Positions 19,671 through 37,311 are shown, counted from the first letter of the whole stretch. The stretch: DNA of 63,017 nt, filler included, from Reclinomonas americana ATCC 50394 (GCA_048213135.1; 7 parts of 2 records of this genome joined end to end with filler, not necessarily neighbours in it); one strand, 5' to 3'. The notes: a model not told the origin generated them from the letters alone. A program made the numbers and translations.

Positions 19671-21752
19671 ATGGCCTCGGCGACTGGCTTCCTAGTCGCT
19701 GATCGCGACAGCATGCTCTCGGCCGGTGAGTTCACGCAGTGCAGAGATGCTCCCCACTGTGAAGTGATGCTCACGTCATTGTTTTGTTGCTGCAGATCTT
19801 TACGACATTCCGCTCAATTATTTGAGCTCATGGTGCACAGACTGCACTTGTATGGTGCAGGGCCAATCGTTCTGCGATCCACAATTGACAATGCAGCTGT
19901 ATATCAGTTGCGCAGCATGCGTGGAGGCCACCGACGAAGCCAGATTGGCGATTGCAAGAAACGATTTGCTCCACATCATCGGCCGCTGCTGCATTACGAA
20001 GGGTGTGTCTTGGCCTGCCTGTTCCTCTTTGTTTCTTTCGGTGATCTACCGGTGACCCACTCTCGTGCCTCGCAGAGCGTGTACTGCGGTTGTACACGAT
20101 ACATCAGATAACAGTCTTCATGCATGCTTTTGACAAGGAGTCCCAGACGTACGGCGAGTTGGCGGCCTGCAAAAGGACACTCCAGGGCCTGTCCGTGGAG
20201 CCCGATTTGTCCGTGCGAGAGCAAGTCCGCGCCGATGTGCGGCGTAAGGTAGATGGCCTGTTTGGCGGACCAGTTGAAGACGACGGTATCATGCGTATGA
20301 GCTACCATTTGGTGTGCTTCGTGAGAGCGACTCATTCGTGATGCAATGTGCTGTAGCAATGACGGACATCAGCGGTTTCTATCTATCCAAGCATCCGCTG
20401 CGAGTCGAGCTCACTGTCGAGCACTTGTTCAACTACATGCGAGATACTGACGAGGAGCACGCATTCAGTGCCGAGCGGATGAGCAGCCTGGTGAAAGGTT
20501 TGTCGAGATGCAGATGAGAGAGGTGGTTTTGTGGTTTACTCATGGTATCTTAATGACTTTCACTCGGGCAGGCCTGTCGTACTCAGCTAACAAGCTCGCG
20601 CTGCAAGCGATCGAGCAGCTGCGACCAGACACAAGTGCGACTACGGGTGCGGGTGTGCCGTTGCTCGTAAACATTGTGCGGGAGTTTCCCGATGCTGTAC
20701 GGACGCGTCTGGCGGCGTGCCTTGCAGAAGTCACCAGACTTCTCCACTTTCATGTGAATCGTGCAAGGTCAGAGGAGTCATCTCTCTCTCTCTCTCTATC
20801 CGTATTACTTCTGACTTGTCGTATTGGTGATGATGGGTGCAGCAACGATGATCGTGCAGAGGACGTGCTCGCATATGATCTGCAGTTGTTTATGCATCCG
20901 GCGATGCAGTACACGATGTCTGATCTTGGCAGACGTGGTTCGTCGGCCTTGCTGTATCGTTTGACAATGACGACGTCTCACTTTTTCGCTGCAGGGTATG
21001 TGGGCCAGTGCACCAAGAAAATGTGCGAGCTTGCGTTTGCGGCAAACTTTGTACAAGTTCTGGACGCTGCGTTGGCGTTTGCGAGTCATCGGCTTGAGTT
21101 GGCGGCGGACGCTGCTCGCGTAGGCGAAGGCTTCGACGCCACGACAGCTACATCTGTTGCTGGTGATGTTGTTGAGGAGGGCCTGGCGAGCCTTGCTGCA
21201 CCCGGTGCCGACTCGCTGATTCGCGTTGGTCACGGAGACCCGTTTCCATGGGGTTAGTGTGTGAGAGAATGCGCATGTCCCTGTGCGTTTCGAGACTCTC
21301 ACATGGCGATGTTGCCGGTTGCAGAGTCAGCGAAGAGGGTGACAAGCACCACCAACGTGCTTGGTGTCGAATTCATGAATCCGGAGCAAGGAGGATTTGG
21401 ATCGTCGGCTGCGCCTTTGCAGAAATGTGACATGTGCGTGGGCGTCGTTCGTGGATCTGCCGTCGTTGACCTGCCGTTCTTTGTTGAATGCAAGGCTGGA
21501 GCATCGCACCTGAAGTTTCGTGCACCGCAGCAACTTTCTGTGCCATGCGTCTTGTTTTTCTGACTGGCTATATGTTGCAGGAAGCATTGCGCAAAGGTGC
21601 AGAACCAGTTTCCCTCTCGTCAAGCATTCGGTCAAGCGGTGGCGGCGCTCGACTGCGCACTCGTGAATGAGCACCTCAGGCTGCATGGCGCGAAGTCGAG
21701 CGCGATGCTGTTGAACTCGCTGCTCAACACGTCGACACGCCACCCGGACTGG
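19671..21752 (+). CDS. Hypothetical multi-exon protein, 3' end lost in a gap
   Basis: ATG at 19671 and a chain of in-frame exons joined by ~55-80 nt GT-AG introns (MASATGFLVADRDSMLSA-DLYDIPLNYL..CITK-ERVLRLYTIH..). No recognised family. Confidence 0.6.
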
Positions 21753-21941
21753 NNNNNNNNNNNNNNNNNNNNCTCTCTTCCATCTCCCTGCTTTTCTTCA
21801 TTCATTCATGACGATCACCAGACGCTGGCATTCGTGTGTCGCCTGGTATCTGCAAGTCGTTGTTGAGCATGAGAACAATCCCTCACTTCACAACGCATCA
21901 CGTGCCTTGTTCTGTGGCTGTACCTGCCCACCAATGCTGCT

Positions 21942-23064
21942 TCATGCCGACGAGTCCGACACCGCACCTGTCGGAGCTACCGCCTGTTTCGCCTCCACAT
22001 GATGACACCGGCAACTCGCAAACAGACGATGCTCCAGAGCCTCGCTTGCAGTCAAGCGGTCGTAGTCGCGGAACGCCATCATGCCTTCCAACAGATCAAG
22101 CAGGGCACGCCACTCGTCCGCCGTCGCCGCCCACCGCTGCGGATAAATCCACAACGCCCTCAACACCCTCTCCACGCGCTTTAGCGGATCCAACCACGTG
22201 TACATGACGTCCGGTGCACGATCCGCATGGCCCATGGCCACACTGGCAATCGTCACACCGGCACTGTAAATGTCGCTCTAAAAACCGCAGTACACGTCAA
22301 AGTCGACGCCCTCCGTCTCTGGCGCCTGCATGAAACGCGTTAGTAATCCAACACACGCTGTGGCGCGAACGCACGAACCATGTATCCACGTGTGCCGAAT
22401 GTGCCACTGACGTAGGGTTCGTCGGCCGTCACCACTCGCGACAGACCAAAGTCGATCAGCCGACTGCACTTGAGCACGCGGTCGAACAGCACATTCGTCT
22501 GCTTCACGTCGCAGTGCACAACCATATTCTCGTGGCAGTGCTGCAACGCCAACAGCAACGTGTACGTGTAGTTCACCAAGTCGTCCATCGTCACCAGCGA
22601 GTCGCACGGATAGCGCGGCATCCACATTGTCTGCGCCACTCGATCGTACTCCACCACCTGCACCACGCAGTGGCGCACAAGCGACTCCTCATCCATGTGC
22701 TTCCACAGCACGTCGATAACTTGCGCCTCGTTCAATCGTCTGCTGACATTCGAGACCGTCTTGCGCACCAACGGCGTGGGTGCGTGTTTGGGCGCTGCAC
22801 AATGGTCGCAAGAAAATGATCAGAGAGAGATACACAGGCAAGCGCGGAATCAATAACAGCACGAAACTTGCCGAAAACAAGTGAATGGTCTTTTCTACAT
22901 GCGCTGCCGCAGCGACAGGCACAACTGACGTGTTCGAAGAATACTTCTTGAGCGTGTCAACATTCTTCACCGCCTCTTCAGCGATGAACAAATATGCAGC
23001 GAGTAGAGACTGCATGCTACCAACTGCACAGCAAGACGGAGTTGCAGTCAACAAACAGTACACG

Positions 23065-23099
<35 letters not shown>

Positions 23100-23386
23100 C
23101 GGCGACCACACAGGTCCATCCAAGACCAGCTCGCCACGTCGGCCATCAACTTACGCGGGAACTCTCCAATCTGCCACACCCCGATCGGCACCAGGCTCAG
23201 CCGTGGCATCGTCGCCGGTTCCACAACACTTGCATCGGCGCCGCCGACATGCGGCACAAGCATGTACAAGCCGATGGCGGACTCGGCGGACAAGCCAAAG
23301 CACTGCGACAAATGACACCAGTGGCGTGCGTCCACCGCCGCCATGCGTCTCCACAACAGCGTGCCAGCATTGAGAATGGCCTTGGG
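21942..23386 (-). CDS. Divergent non-RD protein kinase, 5'-partial, spliced
   Basis: VVHCDVKQTNVLFD, IDFGLS, FGTRGYM-APE, SDIYSAGVT, DRLTASEALEHRLF. Confidence 0.8.
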
Positions 23387-24032
23387 NNNNNNNNNNNNNN
23401 NNNNNNNNNNNNNNNNNNNNNNNNNNNNNNNNNNNNNNNNNNNNNNNNNNNNNNNNNNNNNNNNNNNNNNNNNNNNNNNNNNNNNNNNNNNNNNNNNNNN
23501 NNNNNNNNNNNNNNNNNNNNNNNNNNNNNNNNNNNNNNNNNNNNNNNNNNNNNNNNNNNNNNNNNNNNNNNNNNNNNNNNNNNNNNNNNNNNNNNNNNNN
23601 NNNNNNNNNNNNNNNNNNNNNNNNNNNNNNNNNNNNNNNNNNNNNNNNNNNNNNNNNNNNNNNNNNNNNNNNNNNNNNNNNNNNNNNNNNNNNNNNNNNN
23701 NNNNNNNNNNNNNNNNNNNNNNNNNNNNNNNNNNNNNNNNNNNNNNNNNNNNNNNNNNNNNNNNNNNNNNNNNNNNNNNNNNNNNNNNNNNNNNNNNNNN
23801 NNNNNNNNNNNNNNNNNNNNNNNNNNNNNNNNNNNNNNNNNNNNNNNNNNNNNNNNNNNNNNNNNNNNNNNNNNNNNNNNNNNNNNNNNNNNNNNNNNNN
23901 NNNNNNNNNNNNNNNNNNNNNNNNNNNNNNNNNNNNNNNNNNNNNNNNNNNNNNNNNNNNNNNNNNNNNNNNNNNNNNNNNNNNNNNNNNNNNNNNNNNN
24001 NNNNNNNNNNNNNNNNNNNNNNNNNNNNNNNN

Positions 24033-24706
24033 GGCAGCTGCGCCACACGACTGCCGAGCCCGACCTTGCGCAAATACAGACGACTGCCAGTGGTCGCCAA
24101 CGCATCGCTCATGCCGGCCACCGTCTGCTGCAGCGTCGCAAATGCCGAGTCGCCCGGCTCAAAGCCAAACACGTGAATGCGCTGCTCGGCAAAGTGACGC
24201 AGAAAGAGGAGTGCGTCTGAGTCGTCGTACTCGTCGTTGAACTTGCCGGCGCCAATGTCGACCAGCACTGGTGGATCGAATGGAGCGCGCGCGTCTGCAC
24301 TCAACGATCGCCATATGCTCGGTAATAGTCGGTGGAAGCGCTTCAGTGGGCCTCCGTCGCCACCAGCCTGCGATACGTAGAAGAGAGAGAGGAGAGAGAG
24401 AGAGAGAGAGAGACAAGCAGAGTGTGTCAGTCGGGGTGTTGTCTCTCTCTTTCTCTCTCTCTCCGCAACCTTGTGACTGAGCTTGTGGGGATTGCGGTGG
24501 TACCAGTCGGAGAGCGCATTGCGCCAGGCCAGCACATGTCTTACGTGCTTGGCCAGTGCGCCCTCGTTGTGCATGCAGCTGCGTTCGTAGGCTTTGACGC
24601 TGACCTTTTGCGTGCTGGACCATATCACACGCAGGACACCGTAGAGCATGAGGAGGAGGATGAAGCCAGTGAGAATGACGGCGCCGGTCGTCGGCACTCG
24701 TCGCAT
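24033..24706 (-). CDS. FkbM-family SAM methyltransferase, N-terminal half (signal anchor + motif I), on an inverted contig
   Basis: N-terminal TM, VLVDIGAG, VFGFEPG..F, KVGLG; runs into the gap at ..RVAQL(CC). Confidence 0.8.
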
Positions 24707-24872
24707 GTCTTCGTTAGTTGATTGTGATTTTGTGGGACTTGGAAAGGACGTGAAGTTTCTTTCCTTCGATGCATGAGTGCTGGAGACCTTTGCCACTCGC
24801 TTCAGAGCTCGGATACGCGCTTCGCAGTGGCCATTCCTGACTCTCGTTGTCTNNNNNNNNNNNNNNNNNNNN

Positions 24873-25633
24873 ACTGTACTCACTCGGGCCTCTGGAGGAG
24901 AACAAGGGCAATCTGTACAGGTGCCTACTGCTGCTTCTCCTTTTCCTCTCGCCTTGGCCCCTGCCTTTGACTCTTGCATGCAGTTTGCGTGAGCCCACCA
25001 ATGCCGATGTGCAGGCCGGTGCAGTGCGCGAGTCGGTGGGTACTGTGGCGACGACCACTCTCGACTACTTTACGATGCACGATCGTGACGCCAAGCAGCT
25101 GTTGGAGGCCGGCAAGGCCTACTTTTACATCAAATCCGACACGGAAGGCTGGGAGATGCAGGTGGCGCGTGGCATGGAGCAGCTGATTCGTGATGGTCGA
25201 GTGCACATGGTCAGCTTTGAGTATGGCGCCATGTGGAATGGAGGTGCGTTGGCGGGGAGAGTGCGTGTGGTCGGCGCAGTTTCTCGCTTATCAGCCTTTT
25301 TTTTTCACCACAGAATTCCACGCTCTGGGCGTGGTGTGGGGTCGCGAAAAGACGCGCGTGGTGGGTGATTTGCCGTCGCTGACGCTGCGCGAGTTCCAGG
25401 CCTACATCGACTCACTCGGCTTCGAGTTGTACGTGGTGGCCGACGGCCTCATGCTGCCCGTCTCCGGTCTGTGGTGGCAGGATGCGTACGAGCTGTGCAT
25501 CGATCCCGAGACCAACATGGGACTGCGGTGGTGTGTGGTGGATCTACTGGCCATTCGCAAGGGCAGTCCGCTGCAGGGTGCCGTCATGCAGGCCTGGAAC
25601 ACCGACTTGCAATGGTGGGTCGATGCGGAATGA
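24873..25633 (+). CDS. FkbM-family methyltransferase, C-terminal half
   Basis: VATTTLDYF, YIKSDTEGWEMQVARGM, VSFEYG, YIDSLGFELY; stop at 25633. Confidence 0.8.
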
Positions 25634-26726
25634 TGATATTAGTAATAACGGATTTTGAGGGAAAGGGGGTGGGGGAGGGAAGGAGGGAAGGAGGAGGGGA
25701 GGGGGAGGGGAAGGGGGAGGGGGAGGGGAAGGACAAGAAGAAGAAGAACAATAACAACAACAACACGAAGAAGAAGAAGAAGAGAATGAGGAGGAGGGGT
25801 GGGGGAGGAGGGAGGAGGAGAGCCCTTCGCACAGCATGGTTGCACGGCTGATCGATCGCCAGCATTTGATATGGTTGGTGGAGGAGGCCACCGTATCGAT
25901 AGTAGCTGCACTGTTGTTGTTGGTCCTCTTTTCCCTGTTGCATATAATTCTGCAGCTCTTTAGCCGGGCCTCCCAAATCCCTCTTCCCTCCTTTGATTCG
26001 ACGTCGCGATCGCGATCGAATGCAAGCTGGCGAACGAATTCGAAGCTGCGCAACTAAAGAGACGCAAGTGTTGAATGAGTCCTTCCACTACACTCTCACA
26101 CGCGCCAACACACGCTGCTGCACTTCAGTTGTCGCCAGTCTCCACACGTGTCATAAACGTCGCCGTTCGTCCTGCCGAGCCCCANNNNNNNNNNNNNNNN
26201 NNNNNNNNNNNNNNNNNNNNNNNNNNNNNNNNNNNNNNNNNNNNNNNNNNNNNNNNNNNNNNNNNNNNNNNNNNNNNNNNNNNNNNNNNNNNNNNNNNNN
26301 NNNNNNNNNNNNNNNNNNNNNNNNNNNNNNNNNNNNNNNNNNNNNNNNNNNNNNNNNNNNNNNNNNNNNNNNNNNNNNNNNNNNNNNNNNNNNNNNNNNN
26401 NNNNNNNNNNNNNNNNNNNNNNNNNNNNNNNNNNNNNNNNNNNNNNNNNNNNNNNNNNNNNNNNNNNNNNNNNNNNNNNNNNNNNNNNNNNNNNNNNNNN
26501 NNNNNNNNNNNNNNNNNNNNNNNNNNNNNNNNNNNNNNNNNNNNNNNNNNNNNNNNNNNNNNNNNNNNNNNNNNNNNNNATTGCAAGATCGCCGCTCACA
26601 GAGAGAGACACGCGTGGAGTTGCAGAACAGAGTGTGCACCGTTGCATAGAGAAGGACAGAGAGAGCGCGCGCGTGCGTTTGTGCGACGATCGGAGTGAGA
26701 CAGAACCAACTTGAAACGACTCTCTC

Positions 26727-29700
26727 ATGCGCAAGTCTCTCCAACGCGGCTGTCTCTCGCTGCTCGCCACTCGATGGGGCCTCCTGCTGATCGTCATTGG
26801 CGCCCTCATCACTGTCAACTCCCTCCTCCACATGATGGAGTCATGGATGCTCAATGGTGCAGGGCATGTCACACTTTGACAGCGCACACGCACACACTGT
26901 GACTCACACGCGTGTGCGCGCAGGCTCGTTGCGACACGAGGCAGTCGACTATGCAGACAACATAGGTGGGCGATCGTATGAGCAGGAGCTGTTCTATGGA
27001 CCAGTCGACATTGTGTACACGTGGGTCAATGGGAGCGATCCGCGTCAGGTTGAGAGTTGCGTTGCAACGCGAAGACTGTCTTTCTCTCTCTCACACGCAC
27101 ACTCAGTACACACACAACTCGATCACGTTGCACAGTGCTGCAGCATTGGCGGAGTATCTATTTTCCGGTAAAACGCAATGATACTGCAGGAGGGGAGCGA
27201 TTACCGGGCGAGGCCGTCGAGGCACTGGCAGCGATCGCGAGGAATCACACTGTTGCTTCCGCTGCTGCTGCATCGTTGCGCGTGGTGAATGGAACGGCGA
27301 TCAATGGCACGGATGCGACAAAGGGCAAGAAGGGAAAGACGGCGGAGCAGAAAGTGGACGATGCGTTGCTGGCGTCGCGGTTTCGTGACAATGACGAGCT
27401 GAAGTTCTCGTTGCGGAGCGTGGAAAAGTATGCACCGTGGGTGCGGCGGATCTACATTGTGACGAACGGTCAGATACCTGCGGTGAGTGTGCGACGTCGT
27501 CTTGCGAGCGATCGGAGTGGTGATCTGTTTGATTAATTGGTTCATGCCTGCAGTGGTTGAACATCGATCACCCTCGTGTGCGCGTTGTCACGCACGATGA
27601 GATCTTTCTCGACAAGTCGCATCTTCCCACGTTCAGCAGTCCCGGCATCGAGTCGCATCTGCACAGAATACCAGGTGTGTGTTTGTCAGAGAGGTCAAAG
27701 TGTGTCTGCCTGCCTGACTCACTCTCTCCCGCTATCAAGGTCTGAGCAAAAAGTTCATCTACCTCAACGACGATGTGTTCTTTGGCGAGGAGATCTGGCC
27801 CGAGGACTTTTACACGCACTCGAGGGGGCAGAAGGTGCCTGAGAGCGCAAGCACCCTCTCGTTTTATTCCTCCATTTTCACACCACATCACCTCCGCAGG
27901 TCTTCATGTCGTGGACGGTGCCAACGTGCGTTCCCGGCTGCCCGCTGACTTGGTTGGGCGATGGTTTTTGCGACACGGCGTGCAACAACACGTTGCGTCA
28001 CGACTGCCATGCATGACGTGTCACCTTTCCTCAAGAGCTTTCTGTTTGTGCAGTGCATGCGGATGGGATGCTGGCGAGTGTTTGGGTGTCAACGTGACCG
28101 TGCGATCGCGATTCTCGAGTTGGACAGGCAGCAGTAGTTGCGTATGCTTGGTCAACGTTGGGCAGGGTTGTCAGGTGCTCACTACGATGTCTGCGCAGCC
28201 TCAAACTGGGCGGGCGCCAGTCGCAACTCGAAAAAGTACTGTACCATTGGGTGCCCGGATTCGTGGCTTGGCGATCGCTACTGTGATCGTGCCTGCAATC
28301 GCCTCGAGTGCGCGTTTGACGCTGGCGATTGCGGCACCATTGATGTGCACGACTATATGCCTGGATACCAATTACCTGCCGAGGTGCGCTTCTCGCTTCC
28401 TCTTCTTGGTCACTTTGCACAATGCTCACTTCCCTGTTCTAACGGCAGGGTGGCTCTCTGGTTCTATGTGCCAACACGCCCTCGTTTTACGTCAACCTCA
28501 CGTCGGCGTTCCCACACAAGCTCACTTCCGGCAGCCACGACAACAAGTCGGTGGTTCGCACGTCCACCATTTCGCAAAAGTTCAAAATCATGACCGTGAC
28601 GGTGTTCCCGGAGACGGCTGCTGGCGATGTACGTTGGCAATACCTTTTTAATTTGTGGTGGTGTGGAGGAGAGACTCAGGCGAATCTTCGTCGCAGGATG
28701 TTGCATTTGAGATCAGTGGCGAGGATGTGCCCGGGCACTCGATCATGTCACGACTGAACATTACGTTTGTCAGCGCCAATGCCACCGACGGTTTGTTCAT
28801 CCACATCCTCTTGTTAAGGATTCGAAATGACTTATTCCGCCGCCTCGTAGTGTGCGTCAAGGCGCTGTACTCGCTGCCGCCCAATTTCGTTCCGCGCGGT
28901 GTCAAGGTTCCATCGTCGTCGTCGTACTCCAGCTATTCGAGCCATTCAGCATCTCCACCGACTCCGCCGCCTCCACCACCGCCACCATCACCATCATCAA
29001 CGCCAGCGCCACCGTCGCCGTCGGATGCGCTCACGGATATTGGAAGGTCGCGCAGAGGAGCAGTGCCCAATCTGTACAATCAACCGAATGGTAAGTTGCC
29101 TGTTCTGACTGCGCGACTATGCTTCATAGATCGTCATCTCACTCGTTCCTCCCTTACGTTACCGTGACAGCGGGTCCATACACCCCAGGGCCGTCGTCTC
29201 GGCGATCGCGATATGAACCTCCTCCACCCGTGCGACCACCGCCACCATCGCTGCCTGCGGTCGACATATCGCCGGCCGAACTCAGTGACATTTTGGCGAG
29301 AGCGCGTATTGAGCTCATGAGGCAGTTGCGCAACTCAACAACCGCCGCCACGAGTGCCATGGACGCCGTGCTATCGCAAATCGAGGACACGCTGCAAGAG
29401 TCGTCGACGGAGGACATGTCAGCTGCCGTGCCCGCCGCGGTCGCCACCAACTCAACCACTGTTGCTCCTCCGCCGGCGCCAGCGGTGCCGCGTGCGGACG
29501 ATGCTCGACCACCTCCACGCACGCTGCCTCCCGCGTCTGTGGCGGCACCAGACCAGCATGTGGATGACAACGACAGTGGTGCGACGGTTGCTGAGCAGCA
29601 AAGTAGCGAGACGGCAGAGACGGCAGAGACGGCAGAACGGCTTCCGCCGAGGATGTTGCCGCCGGCCACCTCATCAACAACCACATCCCCGTCTCTGACA

Positions 29701-32700
29701 TCGACAGACGACGCTCCAGACGTGGCGGAAGATGACTTTGCGCCCGTGGCAGCGTCGACTGACAGCCATGTGGAAGAGGAGGAGGAAGAAGAGGAGAAAG
29801 AGACGACGACTGCGACGGAAAAGGAGGAGGAACATGAGGTTACTGCGACGGACGTGGGCGGCGAGGGTACCGTGGAGCAGCACGCCGACGATGTTGAACC
29901 GGCCGCCATTGAGGCGGAGGTGGAGCAGGAGGCGCGCGAGGACGCAGAACAGCAGGAGCAGGAGGAGGAGGAGCAGCGGGAGGAGGAGGCGCAGGCGGCC
30001 GAGGCGGCCTCCGCCGAGGATGCTGCTGTTGATGAAAGTGACTCGACGGAGCCCCCAGATTATGCACACGAGCTGCGGCGTCGCCACTTGCGACTGCGGC
30101 ATTTGCTGTCGCGCGGCGATTCGCCAATCACCTACGAGCTGGAAGGTCATCGTGTGCTGTCGGACACGGATGGCGAGTTGGTGGTGGAATCGGTGACGGT
30201 AGAGCGTCGACCACTGCCTGCGCACCTGACCGAGGTGCCAGTGGTGGACGATGAAGAGCCGTTGTTGCGGCTGACGCTGGAGGGCGATGAGGAGGACCCG
30301 GCGACCGATGTGTTCCCGCTCACCGCGGAAGAGGAGGAGGAGGTGTATCTGGCACGCTGGATTGCCGACCACAAACGCAAATTGCTGTGGCTGGAGGACG
30401 AGGCGGCGCAGCGTGCGGAGAAGGAGGCGGCGGCAGTGGATGCCGCTCATGATTCGCCGTGGTTGCCGTGGTATGCGCCTGAGGTGGAGGAGGAGGAGCA
30501 GGTGGAGGAAGAGGAAGAGGAGGAAGTGGGGGAGGAGCAGGGGGTGGGAGGACGACGTCTGTTGGCGGTGTCGGTGAGACTGAGCAATGTGGTTTTGGCT
30601 TGCGTGTTTTTTGAGAGGTGACTTATGTGTGTGTGCGACAGCATATGGGTGCGCTGGAAAACACGCGACCTCGCACTATCGGCAAGCGGAAGCTGCTGGA
30701 TAATTTCGGTGATTCGCTGGTCCACGTGAATAATTTGTACTCGCGGCGCTTTGGACCAGGAACGCGAAAGGTGGGTTTGTGGGAGGGGTGGGGGGGGGGG
30801 GGGGCGGGGGAAGGGGAANNNNNNNNNNNNNNNNNNNNNNNNNNNNNNNNNNNNNNNNNNNNNNNNNNNNNNNNNNNNNNNNNNNNNNNNNNNNNNNNNN
30901 NNNNNNNNNNNNNNNNNNNNNNNNNNNNNNNNNNNNNNNNNNNNNNNNNNNNNNNNNNNNNNNNNNNNNNNNNNNNNNNNNNNNNNNNNNNNNNNNNNNN
31001 NNNNNNNNNNNNNNNNNNNNNNNNNNNNNNNNNNNNNNNNNNNNNNNNNNNNNNNNNNNNNNNNNNNNNNNNNNNNNNNNNNNNNNNNNNNNNNNNNNNN
31101 NNNNNNNNNNNNNNNNNNNNNNNNNNNNNNNNNNNNNNNNNNNNNNNNNNNNNNNNNNNNNNNNNNNNNNNNNNNNNNNNNNNNNNNNNNNNNNNNNNNN
31201 NNNNNNNNNNNNNNNNNNNNNNNNNNNNNNNNNNNNNNNNNNNNNNNNNNNNNNNNNNNNNNNNNNNNNNNNNNNNNNNNNNNNNNNNNNNNNNNNNNNN
31301 NNNNNTGTATTGCTGACTGTTGAGTCCTCTGTATTCGTTCAGATGCCGGCGACATTCCTACGCAAGCTGCGTGTGTCGTTGTTGAACTCGACGCACTATC
31401 ATCACTTGCCGAGTGACTGGTCGTGGGAGCACTTGGATCACGGCGATTATGATCATTTGGTGACTGTCGATCAGCTGTTGGATACACCGCGAGTTCGCGA
31501 TGCATTGTTGAGGGCATGGCATGATGATCGAAAGTACAGGTGGGTGGGAGGGCAAAGGGATGGAGGGGAAGGGAGGGGGGAACGAGGTGTAGAGAATGAG
31601 GACTGGAGAGAGCGTGAAAAGATGCAGCGATTAATTGCTGGAGGAGAATTATTGTTGGTCTAGGGGTGAGGGGGAAGTGAAAGAGAGAGAGAGAGAGAGA
31701 GGAGGGAGGGAAGATTAGGAATTTACGTGTGCGTGAGCGTGTGGGAAGAGAAAAGATAACTTGAGAGTACGGGGTACATTAGAATGCAGACTGAGGAACT
31801 AGCTTTCTATGCGCCGTTACTCATCTTCTCCTTGTCTTCCTACTACGCAGGCATGAGATAATCGACGACTCTGGCGACATTGCATTCCACATGCTCCGCG
31901 AGAACGACACGAATGTGCAGTACCAGTTGGATGAGATTCGGTGAGTGGGAGGCGTGCTGATGATGGAGAGCAACTTGTTGACCCTCATCCACCGCATCCA
32001 GGGAGCGACATCCCAAGTTCATCTGCCTCAACGATGACATGGGCGACGGTGCGCCACCGGCTCGCATTGTGTTGCACCAGTTCCTGGAGTGGTGAGCGAA
32101 GTTGATGCGTTCTCTCTTCTCTCGTCGAGAATCCGCTCATCGTGTTGTCGCCAGGTACTGGCCCGAGGCAAGTTCGTTTGAGCTGCCCGACGGCGTCTAC
32201 AATCAGTATCAGCACATGGATGAGCTGCTCGAGGCTCGCATGGCTGCGCAAAAGGCACTGATCAACAAGGTGCTGGTGTGGGTGGGCGTTGCGGTGACGC
32301 TCGTGTTATTAAGGTCTGTTGGTGTTGCCGAAGGACTTGTTGATGTTGTTCTCACTCCAGCGGACACATAGATATGTGTTGCGACGACTGACGCGTTCGA
32401 CGAGCAAGCTCGGGCACCTGGTGCGCTCGCGCTGGTGCTACTGCGTGCGTCTGGCGCTGTGCGTGGATGTGACATGTCGTTGGTGTTCGTGGTGCGGGAA
32501 GCGCCGCGGGGGTGAAAGAGAGCGTGTGACGAGCACACACTTGCCGATGCACGATCTTGATTTGAGTGCGCATCGTGCCGACAGCCCCGCCGACGGCAGT
32601 GACAGTGGCGAGGACGAGGCGGCGCGACGCAACGCCAATGGCGTGTCGACGGCGTCGGCCACCAGTCCGCCTGGCGATGTTGCGATTTCGCATCGGCATG

Positions 32701-32726
32701 AGAGGAGACCACGGATAGATGTTTGA
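26727..32726 (+). CDS. GNPTAB: GlcNAc-1-phosphotransferase alpha/beta precursor (Stealth family), many exons, internal gap
   Basis: N-terminal TM; Stealth CR1 [15 protein letters not shown]2 [63 protein letters not shown]; two LNR/Notch repeats (C..GCP..WLGD..CD.ACN..C..DAG.C); [13 protein letters not shown]4 [16 protein letters not shown]-terminal TM. Confidence 0.93.
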
Positions 32727-32966
32727 TGGGGAGAGGGATGATAGAATGTAAGATTGAAATTGTGTTGCTTTTACGCAAAGCTTGACGGCAGCAGACCACG
32801 AAGAGGTGGAGGGCGGTATTTTACGAACCATCAGCACGAAACACGATTCCTGAAGGCAGCAGGCGACGCATAGTTAGACAATCGCGTGACCTTGTGGTGG
32901 ACAGTGAGTGGTATCTGGGATATACATTGTCTTTCTTCCCCACACCTCCATTCTACAGCCCCCACC

Positions 32967-36702
<3,736 letters not shown>

Positions 36703-37118
36703 CTTCCTTCACGCTCGATCGTTTTCAACACCCTCTTCAACGTTCGGAAACGTCAACTTGTCCTGCGCGTAAATGCACGGATCTGACCATGCTTGTAGAT
36801 GTGCTACTGTGTGCTTCTGTACATGGGAATTCGTGCGCGAGGTTGCGCTGCGAGTTGACGCCTTTTTGCACCCGTGGATGAGTCTCGACGTCGACGTTCG
36901 AATTCGTGATGGTTTTGCGCGAGAATGCCTGCCTTGTGTAAACACTGAAACGTTCAGCAGTTACCTCTCATGCTGTCGCCGGTCTTCTACTTCTTGTCAT
37001 TGTCGATCAACGAGCGCTTTCGTCAGCGCTGCGGGCTTCGTTGGGAGTGCTTCAGCTCGTGTCCTATGCGTGTCCCACATTACATTTTCTTTTTTCTATT
37101 CGTTGTTTGTGAGGTGCA

Positions 37119-37224
37119 ATGTTGCGCTCGATTGGAGAGAAGCTGCGCAAGGCGATTGGAGGAACGTACGACTCGGCGATTATCTTGGCGGAGTCGTATC
37201 GTTATCCCGCACCTGCGTTGCGTC

Positions 37225-37262
<38 letters not shown>

Positions 37263-37275
37263 GAGAAGGAGAAGA

Positions 37276-37311
<36 letters not shown>

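Noticed and set aside
25830-26185. Possible gene fragment next to the gap
   Set aside because: No recognisable motif or consistent exon structure in any frame.
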